A stretch of DNA of 64,000 nt from Camelus dromedarius (GCF_036321535.1 NC_087437.1:109680001-109744000); one strand, 5' to 3'; positions 10,835 through 24,547 are shown, numbered from the stretch's first letter. Notes: generated by a model not told the origin, from the sequence alone. Numbers and translations: made by a program.

Positions 10835-13217
10835 CTATGTGTTTAAAAAATATAATATATAGAGCAGCCACTTTCCATGAGAATAATCACAAAATTGTGG
10901 AATTACATCTGACTGTTAAAAAATAAGAATACATTATCCATGAAATATATTTTAGAGAGATTAATATATTTAATATGTATGCTAACTCTGAAGACTTCCA
11001 AGATTAATAAATAAGATATTCCCTATGCCTTCTTTCCTTCTTATGTAGAAATGTACATTTTAGGGGGTGTCATTTTGTTTTCATCTATAAAATGAGAGAA
11101 TTGGTTGCCCATTAGAACCCACTTCTGCTTAATAATCTTTTGTATTTCACTAGCAAGCGAGTTGAAAGCTAATTCTCATTTCAAGATTCAGTTCCTCTTA
11201 CAAAAATCTAACAAACTGGTGCACACTGAGATACAATTAGTAATCAAAGCATGAGGATGTCAGCTACACTAGAAATATAATGAACAAAGCTACAGATAAT
11301 TTTTATATTAGCCTTAATTCTTTCTTGTGTTAATCAAGTTACTTACTAATGTGTTAAGCTCCAAGCTCACCTCTCAGTGTTCTGAAAAAAGGGGAGGTGG
11401 AAACTAAATTTGTACAGAATTGACCATGTGTATGGAATTCTACACAAACTACCTCATTTATTCCCCCAAATGACCCTGTGAGGCCACCATAATTTCTGAT
11501 AGAAAGTCTTTGATGTAGGCCATGGTGAAAGACATTGAAGAGGAAAAATCTGCTGCTTTAAGTATAAAAGAGTAAAATAACTTAGAAAAAATCCAGGCCA
11601 GGGAGCTGAAGGCTTAAGAAGGCTTAGGAGAGACTGTTATAGCTTCTAAATCACTAAACTTGTCCTGCTTTCTTCTGCTTTACACTATAAATTTGTGTGT
11701 TTTAGAAGATAAAAATAATACTCCTCTACTGCAAAAAAAGAAAAAGAAAAGTTTAGAACAGGACAAAACTCCCTCTCCTCCTCCCTAAAAAAAAAAAACC
11801 TCACCTATATTTTGGGCACAGCCGAACCTAAAAATAACACTAATAACTAAGGAATAAGTTATTGTCCCTCTGGCTAGAAAGTGTTCGAAGATTTTTTGAT
11901 TCTGTTTCTCATGAAGAAAATACAATCTTACTGAGAATCTCATGTGGCTTTTTGGTCCTGAATATAACAGGAAAACAAACCTAACTATTAGTCAAACAGT
12001 CTTTGCCTGAATTACTTTTGTCCTTAACTACCCATCCAGTCAGTAAAATAAATGGGTCTGGAGTAAGGGGGGAACCCCCGGTGGTTGCGCCCTGGCCCCT
12101 GAAGGCTCTAATGTGCTTGGGTCCCCAGTTCTGGGAGGGAGTAGCTGCAACGTTCTACTCAAGGCCAGCCAAGCTCCACAACACGCTGTTTATTGTTACT
12201 TGAAAACTCATTTCTTCTTACATCTAGTTCCTGATCGTTTGGTATGTCTATTTTTAAAAAGCGATCACTTTTCCAAAAAAAATGTACAAAAGTAACTCCT
12301 GTCAAATTATATAAACTCTTGTCTCATCCAGACCTTTTTTTTTTTTTTTTTCTTCTAAACCTTGTTACCTTCCTCCCTCCACACGCAGTGTGGCTCTCTA
12401 AATAATCCTGCCAATCGCCAACGGGGTCTCTACAACTATCCTTCACAGTATTGGCACAATCATCTTTCAGTCATGTCGACACACAACACATTTCTCTCCA
12501 GAAAGATGTTTGGCTTTCTCAGCCTTGTCATCAAACCAACATGGAGCGCTTCCTTTATTCCAGCCCCATCTGCTCTACCTCCAGCTTCCACTGGAGGCTT
12601 ACTCTTCCCTACGGGTTGTTCTCTGACTTAGTGCTTCATCCAGAAGGCCATTTTGGCATAGCTTCCTGTCCTTCGAAGCCAATCTGAATTCCACCTCTGC
12701 CAAGAAGTTTCATCCCAGCTGTCCTGAGGGGGCATAGATCTCTCCTTCTCATAATAACACGGTATTTTGTTTACCTCTCTAATTTAGTGTTTACCACGGT
12801 CTTCCTTGAGACTGAGCTGTTAATGAGAGTCTTTTCCTATGACGAAGTAGAAGAGGTCGGAGACTGCATAATTTGTCCAGATAAACCTCCAAATGCTGAG
12901 CACAACCCTTCGCATCTGGTGTCTATAAACAATGGTCTTTGAAATTTTTTTACATTTGGAGTAATCTTACATTGAGCTTCAAGAACAAGGAAAATAATTT
13001 GAAAAGCTTTAGATTTTTTTTTTTGCACTCATATTGAATAATGCATTCAGACAATCATTTATCAAAGGATAGGAGTCAAAATGAATTTGGGGACCTGACT
13101 CTTTCTCATCTCCACCTAGTTTCTATTCACACTCTAAGGAAAATAAGTAGACTTTTATTTTCCCCGATTTCTTCCGGCTGCTCATGCTTTAATAATACAT
13201 CAAAATTGTGACTTATA

Positions 13218-13357
13218 AACCAGTGGTGATGACATCACATGGAAGCTTGTGAGAAATGCAGAATCTCAGGCCAAATCAAGACCTACTGGATCAGGACCTG
13301 CAGTTTTGTTAAAAATCCCCAGTGATTTTTATGCACATTATGTTTGAGAAGCTCTGC
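13218..13357. mobile_element. MER5A1/MER5B-type element
   Basis: gcttgtgagaaatgcagaatctcaggcc...agacctactggatcag...tatgcacattatgtttgagaagctctg. Confidence 0.8.
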
Positions 13358-14014
13358 CATCAAACATTCTGTAAGAAACTCTCCTCCCCTTCCCCTGATT
13401 CATCACCCCCACATCCACAAGTCCTGATTGACTTTTGAGGCAATTTCTAGTTTCTGGACCCTTACTCGAGTTAGTAAACAATTTTTACTTATGTTTTTAT
13501 TAGATGAGCTGCACTTGGGTATGGGCTGGAGGATCCTTTCATCTTATTAAACCCCGTCCTTTATCTTCAGTGTTATGGCTACTTATTTCAATTTCAAGGC
13601 TCAGTATAAGGTTAAGTAAAACATCCCATCTGTGAAATGAGAATAATCGAGATATTTGAAGTTGTATAATACATTTGGGCTTTTCACCCTTCAAGAATTA
13701 TTTATGTTTTTCTAGGCTTCATGCCTATGAGTTTCATTGCTTCAGTCAAGTAAATGGTGATGTTTTCTTGCAACTGAATTGTAATAACCAACAAGCTAAA
13801 CTTACTATGCTTTGTATTATAGGAAATAAAGCATTCACTCAATACCAACTGTGTATCAGGAAGTCAGCTTAAAATTCTTCTTGTAATCAAGTCGATTTCA
13901 TTATTTCCATTTCAGAAGTGAGGAAAATCATCTGGATTTTGGGGGTTGGGTGATTTGCTCAAGATCACTTTTGAGATCATATGTTTGACTTCAAAATTTA
14001 TCATCTATCTAGTA

Positions 14015-14450
14015 CATGCATGCATTCTATGAATACCAATTTATTGAGCACTTAATATTTTCCAGCCACTGCTCTAGGATTACAGATTAACAGTAAATAA
14101 AACAGACATGGATTTTGCCCTCAAAAAGCCTACATCATACTAAGAGAGCTGGAAATAAATTAAAAGCATTTAGTGAACGAGTTAATGGCATTTATGTTAA
14201 ATGCTTTCAAGGAGAGTTTCAGGATACAATGAAAATGTACTACTTGGGAACCTAAATTAGTCTGAAGAGCAGAGAGGATTTTCCTGAACTGTCTTCTGAG
14301 TTGAAATCTGAAAAATGAATAGTAATTAACCAGGCAATATGGCCAAGTATGTTGGGGAAGGGCCCTATCTCAGTAAGATGAACATGCTTAAGTCCCTGGG
14401 GCAGAAAGAGACATTGGTCTACCATAACATTGGAAAGGCAGTTTTAAATT
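14015..14450 (-). mobile_element. L2 LINE 3' region
   Basis: atttattgagcactta...ccagccactgctctagg...aaaacagacatggattttgccctcaa. Confidence 0.75.
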
Positions 14451-16010
14451 CTGGGATTTGATTCAAAGTTTGTGGAATAAAATTCCAGCTTTGCCACTTG
14501 CATACTTTGACATTTCTTTTATTTCTAGATTTATTGCAAAGGGGATAAAAACTATCATAACAATAACAACAACAATCATAACAACAATTCTATAATTGCG
14601 ACTGCAAAGTGCCTGACATGTAATAGATTCTCTAGAGATAATCATTGAATAAATAAATTGTTATGATGATGATCAAATAAGACAAAAAATGAGGAAAAGC
14701 CACAATCATTCATTTATTCCTTCATTTATTGATTCTTAATTCAACAAGTGTTTATTGAATTCTTTTTGTGGGCCCAGTAATAAAAATTTCAACAAAAATC
14801 TCTTTATTATATAAATGGTAGTTATTTTTACTATCATAAGTTGTAAAACTAATGACATCCATAAATATTAATGAATCATAATTTCCAACACTCTCATGCT
14901 TTTTTGAAAGAAGGTTACCATTTGGATAAGAATTTTAATAACCACAAATTTTGAAGTGTTTGACCTTAGTATTTCCTTCAGTGTAAGTTTTGGTGATCAT
15001 TAATCTTGGTTTCCTGTAACCTAGACTTTCCCAAGTGGTTGAAAACTGCCTATACTGGTGAATAATCTGGCGATGTTCTGGGAGGCTGCCATTCAGATAG
15101 CCTCCAGCTGAGGAGAGCAGCCAGTCGGCTTTTCATCTCAGGACACCATATTCTCTGCTACGTGGCTTCCCCACTAAGGTGACAGGCAACTGGACCAGCA
15201 ATGAATGCCTGGCTCAACATCACTCGCTGATCCATGAAATGGCTCAGGGGGAAATCTTCACTGGGCACGCTAGACTGGACATCAACCACTAAAACCAAGT
15301 AAAGCCTCTTTTTTGGAAAATGAATTCAGGAGTTACAGAGAATGAGTAATCAGTCAACATGAGTGAAGAGAATGGAAATGGAGAGAAAAGCTGAGTCATA
15401 ACATGTATCACTAGAATGAGGCAAAGAGAACATCCATGTTTAAGGGACACATTAATAGAGCTCTGATGAAGCCCTAAAAGTTGATGTCAAATGACTGGAG
15501 CCACAGATAATTCTAGAAATCTAGTCCTCGAACTGTATTCCAATCTTAAAGAAACTTGGTTATCCAGCAGCTCTATTTCCCCCGCTAAGAACTATGAGGT
15601 AATACTGAATTGTTCAGTTTTCTACATAACTTGAAACAAATGTCGGTTCATTAAGCTAACAGAATTTGAGAAAACCTAAGTAGTAAACTATGTTAGATTT
15701 AAATTTTTAAATCAAAAGCCAATGTTGCTATGCCTAGTTCTTCAGAAAACACCAGAAGGTGCTTCAGAGCAATGTGTTTCTGCTGAGATTTCTAATTTTT
15801 TTTTCTCAATTCAATTATCATTAGAAAAATGTATGACTGTTACAAATGACTGTTCTAATTCATGAAATGTGGTACTAATGGACACTTCATTCTATGCCAT
15901 GTATACAAGGAGTGTATACACAGGATTATTTTCCATCAGCAGCACTTGTACCTAAGTCACTTAAACGGACTGACTTAAACTCTGTTTTCCCTTGGGTAAT
16001 GGTTCCTCAC

Positions 16011-16131
16011 CACTGTAAATCACCAGCAATCACAACAGGTCTTCAGCAAAACCTTAAACTTGTTTCCATATATGTCAAATGAAAGATGTTCCATTTTCTT
16101 CCCATTATCTCTGAAGCAAAACCCTTGCAAT
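16011..16131 (-). pseudogene. Candidate exon (121 nt)
   Basis: Acceptor cattttcaaccag|AT and donor GTG|gtgagg. Confidence 0.35.
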
Positions 16132-17257
16132 CTGGTTGAAAATGTACACAAATATACACAGAGAGTCAATGTGAGACAAAGCATGAAAATCAGTCTAGTT
16201 GTAATTCACAATAGAGGAGTCAGAGTTTACAGACCAAAGACGACGTTTTTTGGCTGGGATAATAACCAAGGAGGGTTTTTAGGAGGAGATGGCAGTTGAA
16301 ATCTACCTTGGGCTAAACGTTGAGAATGCTGGGTGGCCAAGGAGGATGAATGTGGAAGGAAGACTGTGGGAAAATCGGAAAGAAGAGGAATTCATGCTTC
16401 AAAGTCCAAGTAAATTTGACAGGTAATTACAAAGATCATATAACTTGAATTTAGAGAGATCCTGATTACACAAGATATCATTTATAATAAAGTTACCATA
16501 GTCAATCTAAATTTAGATTCTGTTAATAATTTGCACAATTATTTTATATTTCAGTAATGAGGGGAGCTGTCAATTATAATATTTCGCATCATTAATTGTA
16601 AGATACCTCCTAACTTCAGAGATTTGAAATACGAAAAATATACAAAAAGAAATAAAGAAATAGCTTTAAAAATCATATTTTTACATGTTGCCATAAAATA
16701 TTCAGCTTTCTTTTATTTTTTTTGTTACCTTTAAATAAGCAATTTATTTGAGTTACCAAGATGCCAACTTACATGAAGTTTAATGGCTATCCAGGCAGTT
16801 ATTCAAATAATTTCTGCCAAAAACATAGCTGGAGTTAGATATAGCATAACTTTATCAAACAGCAGGCAAGAACAAAATGTTAACATTACTGTATGCTTGG
16901 GAAATGATGAAGGAATAAAAGCTATCAGTTCAGCTCACTTGTGTGATGCTTAAATCATAGTATAGGAGGGTTTTTTGTACTTCTGCTGAAACTCAACAAT
17001 TCCATTCACTGGCCAGTGCCACTTCAACACATGGCCAGGAAACTGACAGAAAGCCAGTTCCATTTTTCTCTTCTCACTCTATTTCCCTCCATCCATTCAG
17101 AGCGTAACACCCTTGGAAGACTAAAATTTTATACTATAAATGCAAATTTCCAATTAAAAGTCTCTCTCCTTGTGACTCTGACATGTTTTTCTTATTTTCC
17201 CCATAAATTAGTGAACTTGTGGGCTTAACTTTTACATAATAGCTCCAAGGGTCTTAC

Positions 17258-17280
17258 CACATGTCATTTTGTCTGACAGT
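17258..17280 (-). pseudogene. Candidate 23-nt micro-exon
   Basis: gcttttttccccag|ACTGTCAGACAAAATGACATGTG|gtaaga; both splice sites near consensus. Confidence 0.35.
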
Positions 17281-18836
17281 CTGGGGAAAAAAGCAGTTTG
17301 ATTATTTTTCTATCAAAACAAAGAAGCAAAACCATCATTATATTTCTGGAAATAGCAGGCATTGCACAGGCTGTAACGCAGCCTCAAGAGAGTTGAACAG
17401 CCTTGAGGTAGTTATTATTTTGCTTCGTTTTTGCATCATCCACAAATTCATTTCAGAGTGATACAGCAGATTAGGGTTTTTCTTTTTTTCTTCCTTTGGA
17501 AAATGACAAATATGCTCTTTCCAAATAGATAAAAGAAGAGAAGTTCAGCTAATGGAACATTAACCGCTGACAAATTACAAATAGATTCATTCATTAATTA
17601 GTTTCTGTCCTGGATACACATAAAGCCATGTAAATAGATGTGCATGCTGAAACTAAGAAGCTATGAAAGGCAGTGCCATCCAGCACATGAAACTCTGTTC
17701 CAGGAATTCGGAAATGCAAGTGAACTCCCAATTCATGGGTGATACAGTGATTTGACACTGAATCAGTTATAAAGGAATATTGACTATCTATCAGATGTTT
17801 GATCTACATGAAATAAACTGAACAATGTGTTCTATTTTTCACTGAAATAATTGAGGTTTAATTTAAATTAGTTTATTTACCTTAAAGGCTTATTTAAATT
17901 GAAACATTTTGATTTAAGTTTGAAAAAAACCCTGTCGTAGATACACATCTCTAACTTTGAGGTTAAACTTATAAAATACCCCCTCATTCTCTGTCCTCAT
18001 ATTATGTGAAGGATAGAAAGTTTCACTTCAGTGATATTTTTACTTTACTAGTAAATAGAAAACATGAACATTTAGCCTGCATTTTTATATTTATCTCATG
18101 GTTCTGGGTAAAATTTTGCAACAGAAAAAAAATTGATATATAGTCACTGCATTTTCACTTCTTTGGCTTATTTTCGATTTTAGCCCTTTCACTGTCTCCA
18201 ATGTCCAACTTAAACATAAAAGACAATCTCTTTTTAGCGGCAGAGATTTAAATTTCTTAGAATATTTTTCATAGCATTAAAATTCCCACTCAAGTCTTAT
18301 TACTCAACAAATTCACATTAACAAAGTATAATTTTGTGAGAGAGAACTGCATTCAACTATACACCAGCCTGTTCTAGGTAAACTTGGGATGGTTTCCACA
18401 CTACTTAGGTATATTATTCTAGTTGCCTTCAAAACTCACTCCTTTCAAGGTATGGAAAATTTCAATCAAAGACTAAAATCCTTACATGTTTACTTTCAAA
18501 ACACCAGTAAAAGACATGACTGTACCATTTACATCTTCCCATTTCATCAACTACTCTTCTACCCTGATAAGTCAATGAACCTTTCAAAAAAGGATTGGAA
18601 TTCCATGACTCGTTGTGCAGAATCCCTGCCTTCTCTCACTTCCCAAAATAAATATTTCTCAGAAAAAAAAAAAATCCCCTCACCAAAATACAACATGAGA
18701 TTATTTATGCTCTTTAAAAATTTGCTTTCTTTTTTCCTTTACAGAGGATAAAAGTTTATATATGTTCCAAGATTTCAAATCAAATATGTGTATCTGACTG
18801 AGCTAAATTGTAAGAGAAATGCCAAATACCACATAC

Positions 18837-18958
18837 CACACCAGGTGAAGATATTTTTGCTAATTTTTAAAGTAACAAGTGAAAGAGATTTCTACACAGA
18901 TTTTCAGTCCTTATATAATCTCTAAAATTCTTTTGGTTCAAGGTGTCACCCTTCCAGT
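18837..18958 (-). pseudogene. Candidate exon (122 nt)
   Basis: ttgatag|AC...GTG|gtatgt; WKGDTLNQKNFRDYIRTENLCRNLFHLLL*KLAKISSPGV has one stop. Confidence 0.3.
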
Positions 18959-19199
18959 CTATCAAGTCTTTTAACAAATAGTTAAATGTATTAAATTGAT
19001 TTCCATGGATTTTCATTGCCCCAGTGTGTCATCATATAAAAATGTTAATGAAGCATGAAGCTGCCAAATAACAAGTTCAAGGATATACTAATTTGGATGT
19101 GTTGGATGCACGCAATAAAAATCTCAACTCAAAGTATCTCACATGGTGAAGAAAATCCATTAGTGCACGTTGAAGTTCTGTTAAAAGTGGACTGCTCCC

Positions 19200-19520
19200 A
19201 TGTGGATAAATTTAGTGGCTCAATAACTTCATCAAGGACCCAAGTTTTTGCTATTTTTGTACTCTACCATATTTCATGGATTGGTTTTCTTTTCAAGGCA
19301 AACCTCCTTGTGATTTCAACTGCAGTCCATATGAAGACCTGACAAATCCCATGAGAAGAGAGGGCTATTTTTATCCAGTGTTCCATTTACGGGAGGTGTG
19401 GGGAGGCCAGACATCTTTTCCAGAAGCCTCTGCATTTTCCTCTGTGACTTTATTGACCCAAACTGCTCCTGAGTACTGACAAGCAGGAGGAGATGAACAC
19501 AGCTTCCTGATGGCCATGCG
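19200..19520 (-). mobile_element. Old MLT1 (MaLR) LTR fragment
   Basis: ctcaataacttcatcaaggacccaag...tcttttccagaagcctc. Confidence 0.55.
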
Positions 19521-21579
19521 GAAGACGGGTGGCTAAACAAAATGGATACTCGGTAAGTAAGAAAGAGTGAACTGAATATTTGTTGAGTGGGCACAACATT
19601 TAATAAGAGGCAGAGAAAGAAAATAGGGGATAAGCTTCAAACAACTGGACCATCTGACTTTAAGGAGGTGTATGTAGTCATTCAGTTTGCCTTGTGGACC
19701 AGTCTGGTGGCTCCTTGCTGACTTGGTCACTATTCCAAACTTCTACCTGCCTGACTATCCCTCATTCTACACTGCCTTATTTTATTCTATATTGCTTTAA
19801 CTTACTATTTTAATTTCTTTAATACTTGTCTTTCCTCACCAAGCAGATCTTGAGCGTCCTGGGCTCACGGCATTATCTCCCTTGCCCCTTCCCTTCTCTT
19901 TCCTGACTCTCACTCTTATGCATCCCCCATTTTTATTTCTTAATGGCCACTTGCTTATTTTGATACCTTGAGATTTTGATGGATATTAAAGCTCTGTATG
20001 CCCTTGTCCAAAGATAGGAGTAAATTCTTTCATATATATTTTCTCTGAGTTTAGCACAATGCCAAGTTCATTACAGGTTCTCAAAGAAATGCTTGTTGAA
20101 GAGTACATAAATGAAAGAGGCCAGCGAGTGGTGCTGTGGTGCCCATGCGGCATAGCAATGAAAGAGGCTGCTTATTTATTTCTCCAGTAAGCCCAAATTT
20201 TGATGTTTTATGGTCTAAAAATTATCATGAAAATGTATCTTTATCTAAACTAAAACAGACCCTTTAATACAAAATATACAATGTTGGTGTTTTAGTTATC
20301 CTAGTTGGTAGTAGTCTTCATAGAATACCTGTTCTTGTCACCTTTTAGTCTTTCTGCCAAATAACTTACATTAAATATTAAAATAGGATAAGTACATTGT
20401 CTGCCTGATATATCTGAAAAGGGTTAAACACCTTGATTCCTTCATCTGAGAAGTCAAAATATTTGTTCTTGATTTTTAGAAGGTAAGGTGCTTCACTCAT
20501 CCTGAAAGTATCAATCGGTAAACAAATGGAAGAAAGAATATTGATGCCAGGTTAAATGTGAGGTATGAAAACCTGAGCTTTTCCTGTAAGGGAAGGAGTG
20601 TGCTTGGTTAGAGAAACAAGCATTTCTCATAAAGTTACCTAACAGCAGAGTCCAATCCAGTAACGGGTACATGACTCAGGCTGGATGTCACATCATGTAA
20701 CTGGAAGCTGTTGGGCAGCTTCATCCCCGTTGGCAGGTGTTGTCGTCTTCAAACACTAAGGACAATGACACTTCTTAGGGACAGCTCTATTCCTCTGCTC
20801 CATCTCTCAGAACCTGCTCATCCTCAGGTCTTTTTCATCAATCTGCGTGTTTGTGATCCTTTCAAATAATATCAGGATGTACAGATGGAGGGCCAGATAG
20901 CTTGAGTTAACATTTCCATTTAAACTGAATTGACAGATGAATGTTACTGGAAGACTATACCTTCAGCTCGGATGCCTGTCTTCCCAGTGGGACTCTTGAA
21001 TTCAAAAATGAACAGCGCTATCCAAGCATGATGTTTCTCTAACTTGATTCTCTTGTCCTCTCACTCCGCAGTCCTGACACAATGACAAGATAGAAAAAAT
21101 GCTTCCCGTAAACAAAAGGTAATGGTTTCTGAATAAATGTTTTTATAGAATATCTTTCCTTTGTGTGGTTTACCAATAGAATATCCTTGGTCTTAAAAAG
21201 AAGCAATAGATTGCCTATAGGTTAATTATAGAATTGACACTTTCCAAAAGCTAAAATTCAGAAAATATTATATACCAATTTATGGATGGGAAATCAAAAA
21301 AAATTGCTAAGATTTATGCTATCTTGAATAAATCTTATGACAAGGCACAGATACTCATTCACCTGGGGTTAATATTGAAGACTATTCTACTATTGTTAAT
21401 GAAGTCCTTGTTCAACCTAAGTCACAATAATAGTAGGAAAAAAATGTTCTTATGTTAATGACTACTCCTCAAATAATTTGAAATCTTATAAAATCTTAAA
21501 AAATATATTAAAATAGACATAGCTGAATGGTTAATTTTTAATTTAAAAATGTATACAAGTGTAGGGGTACTCTTATAAG

Positions 21580-21735
21580 AACTTTAGTTCTGTAAAATAA
21601 ATGATGATAATAATTTATTTAATTTTCTATAAAAGAGGAGATAATCCATATCTCACTGAAGGATGAATTAAATAGTGTATGGGAAGCACTTAAATGTTGC
21701 CTAATACACAGTTCATGCTCAAAAAATTGTTCAAA
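21580..21735 (+). mobile_element. MIR 3' fragment
   Basis: ttctataaaagaggagataat...tgaaggatgaattaaatagtgtatgggaagcactta. Confidence 0.55.
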
Positions 21736-21757
21736 GATATTTTTCTGGTTCCTCCTC

Positions 21758-22249
21758 TGTGGTAGGCAGAATAATGGCTTCTACAGAGGTCCAAACCTAA
21801 TTCCTGGAACCAGTAAATGTCACCTTATATGGAAGAAGGGACTTTGCAGATGTAATTAAATTAAAGATCTTGTAATAATGAGATTATCCTGAATTATCTG
21901 GGTGGGCCCAATGTAGTCACAGGGGTCCTTTAAGAGGGAGGCAGGAGGATCAGAGTCAGAAAGAAGTCAATGTGATGACAAAGTGGAGGAAAACAGAGCC
22001 AGAGAGAAAAGACGCTGTGCCATTGGCTTTTCAGATGCAGTGATGGGACCATGAACCAAAAGGTGCAGTCAACCTCCAGAAACTGGAAAAAGGCAAGAAA
22101 ACAACTTCTGTCTAGAATCTCCTTGCTCCATCTTGATTTTAGCCCTGTAAGACCCAATTTTGGATTTAGGACTTCCAGAACGATAAGATAAATCTGCGTT
22201 GCTTTAAGGCATTATGTTATGATAATTTATTACAGCCACATTAGGAAAC
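21758..22249 (+). mobile_element. MLT1D solo LTR
   Basis: tgtggtaggcagaataatggc...gggactttgcagatgtaattaaattaaagatcttg...ggaaaaaggcaagaaaac...gacttccagaac. Confidence 0.9.
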
Positions 22250-23327
22250 CCTCCTTTCTGTCAGTACTCTAAAATTTCTATGACAGTTTCTCAATTCTTC
22301 AGTATTAGGTATCTTCTCTGCCCGTGAGTCCCATTCACAAGCTGTGTCAGGCAATGGACAAAGCCTTGTTCTATTGCTTTTTCAATACAAACAAGAGAAA
22401 GTACAGGAAAGAAGGGATGGAGGGAGGAAAGAAAGAAGAAAAGAAGGAGCAAAAAAGTATAGGATGGAAAGACAGCTCGAGTGAGCACTGTAATGAAAGT
22501 TAATGCAGCTTGATGAGAAAAGGTAAATTTTATTGCTATTAGTGAGAAAGATAAATTTCTATACAAAGAGCTATTTCTGTGTCAAGCATAATCAAGTCTT
22601 AACTTGTATAAATGGTATCCAGCATTGCCTTAAGAAAAGAATGAGAGAAATAAAACACCTGTGTTCTTGTTCTTCTAAGAAGGATGATGACAAGAATGAT
22701 TCAGTCATTTCCAAAAAGAAATAGTCATTCTTCCAGAAAGGAGGTGGAGCCCCTACTTTTGTTTTCCAGAGGAACTCTACCAGTGTTAAATGTCATGGAT
22801 TCTTATATTTTTGTTCTAAGAGGCATAATCCTTCTCAGTCTCAGAGTGGGAGCTGAGGTGATTTAGGAGACACTATCAGAAATAAAGTACTTCAAAAGAT
22901 TAAAGAACAACCAGTGGCTCACTGTTTTGTTGCTTCACCAGCCTTGGGCCAGGACAACTAATTCTGCATCCTTTCCACCAGGAGGCAACCTTTAGAGCCT
23001 TCTGAGTCATGCAGAAATCAGACTGCTTAGAATCCAAGTGAGTTGCAGCCTCCACACTTCCATTTCTCATGTGTCTGTCATCTCCTTGCTGACTGATTTC
23101 ATTTAGCACTTGATTTTGCTTTTCATTTGTTCCCTTTAAGAGATGCATCTTTGTCATGGAATTGCTCTGCTTTGTCTGCCTGAGTCTCAGGGATGACGAC
23201 ACTGGCTCTTGATATATGTATTTTTTATATATGGAAAGCTTTCAGTGTGTTTGGTTACATACATTCAAAGAAAATGAAAGATACCTCATTTTAATGGTTT
23301 TGCATCTAAATCTATCTATGCCTTCCT

Positions 23328-23812
23328 GAATCAGTTAACTATTGCCGTGTAACAAACCAACTCAATTTCAGTGAGTTAAAGCCAAAGCATTTATTATTGC
23401 TCAGGAGTCAACAGGTCAGCTGGTTGGTTCTTCTGGACTTATCCAGGCTCAGGCATACTTCTGGGGTCAGCTGTCAGGAGGGACTAGGTGGTTCTGCTGA
23501 CCTTGGCTGGACCCTTTTACATATTGCAGAATCAGCTGGCTGCAGACAGATTTTGGATGGCCTCTGCTGGGACAGCTGGGGTCTCTTCCACATGATCTTT
23601 TAGTCTATCAGGCAAGCCTGCATTTGTTTGCATGACAGGGGCAGAGTTCTGAAAGAGACTGAATGCACTTGGGGCCACTGAAGTCTAGCTTGGACCTGTC
23701 ATAGCTTGGACCTGCCACAACCTTATTTTCACTGCATTCAATTGGCTAAAACAAGTCAGCCTGAGGCAAGGAAATAAATTCCATTTCTTGATGGGAGGGG
23801 CTTCAAAAGGCC
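23328..23812 (-). mobile_element. MLT1H/F-type LTR
   Basis: tcagttaactattgccgtgtaacaaacc...catttattattgctca...ccatttcttgatgggagg. Confidence 0.8.
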
Positions 23813-24547
23813 CCTGAGGGAGAGGTAAAGCATTGGGAATACTTTTAAAATTAAATGAACACATTTTCCTATGTGTAAATGCTAGCTTGTGCCTTGTTGC
23901 TGCTTTAACAAAGAAAAGTTTCCCAAACTTGGACTCTTGCTTTAAACACTGAATTTGGTTCAATGGCTTTCACAATCCAGAGGTAAGTCTCTGAAAACAT
24001 GGTCCACCGCTGAATTCTTGCTGATCAGATCTTCTACCAGATATGGTGGATCAGCTGCCTTCAAATAATAAAATAATAAATAAAAGAAATCTGATATGTG
24101 GATTCTAGTACTTTAAGTTCATCAGAATATACCTTTGCTTCTGCAGTGCCTTTTAGATTTAAAAACAAAAACTGACACCCAAAGCCTTTGGTTCTTCTTC
24201 AAATTAGCAAAGAAGTGCACTCTTTGCTTGGTTTCAATGACAAGCTTCCTACGAATATTACTTATTACTACTATTATTATAAGTTCTTTTGTCCATGGTC
24301 TGTTCCAGATAGGAACATTTCATTACCTCTTGTATTCAACGAATAATTAAGCTGCTTCAGTTAATAAAGCCAGAGCATTTTGTAAGAAGAGTTGTGAAAG
24401 ATTTGTTTTGTTTTGTTTTCCTCTCAGGACCTGGAGAGGTCATTAGCACCTAGAATATCTACGTTGTGGAACTCAGTAATTTCTTCCTGGTTCAGAATGA
24501 ATTTATCTTTTTTCTTTGATTGGTGTGAATTTTCTTCTCAGAGATTT

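Noticed and set aside
16011..16131. GREB1-family identity for the minus-strand relic (recalled R-x-W-x-E-x5-I-R spacing)
   Set aside because: The match is short, from memory, needs stop codons repaired, and neighbouring blocks do not convincingly continue it; no symbol assigned.
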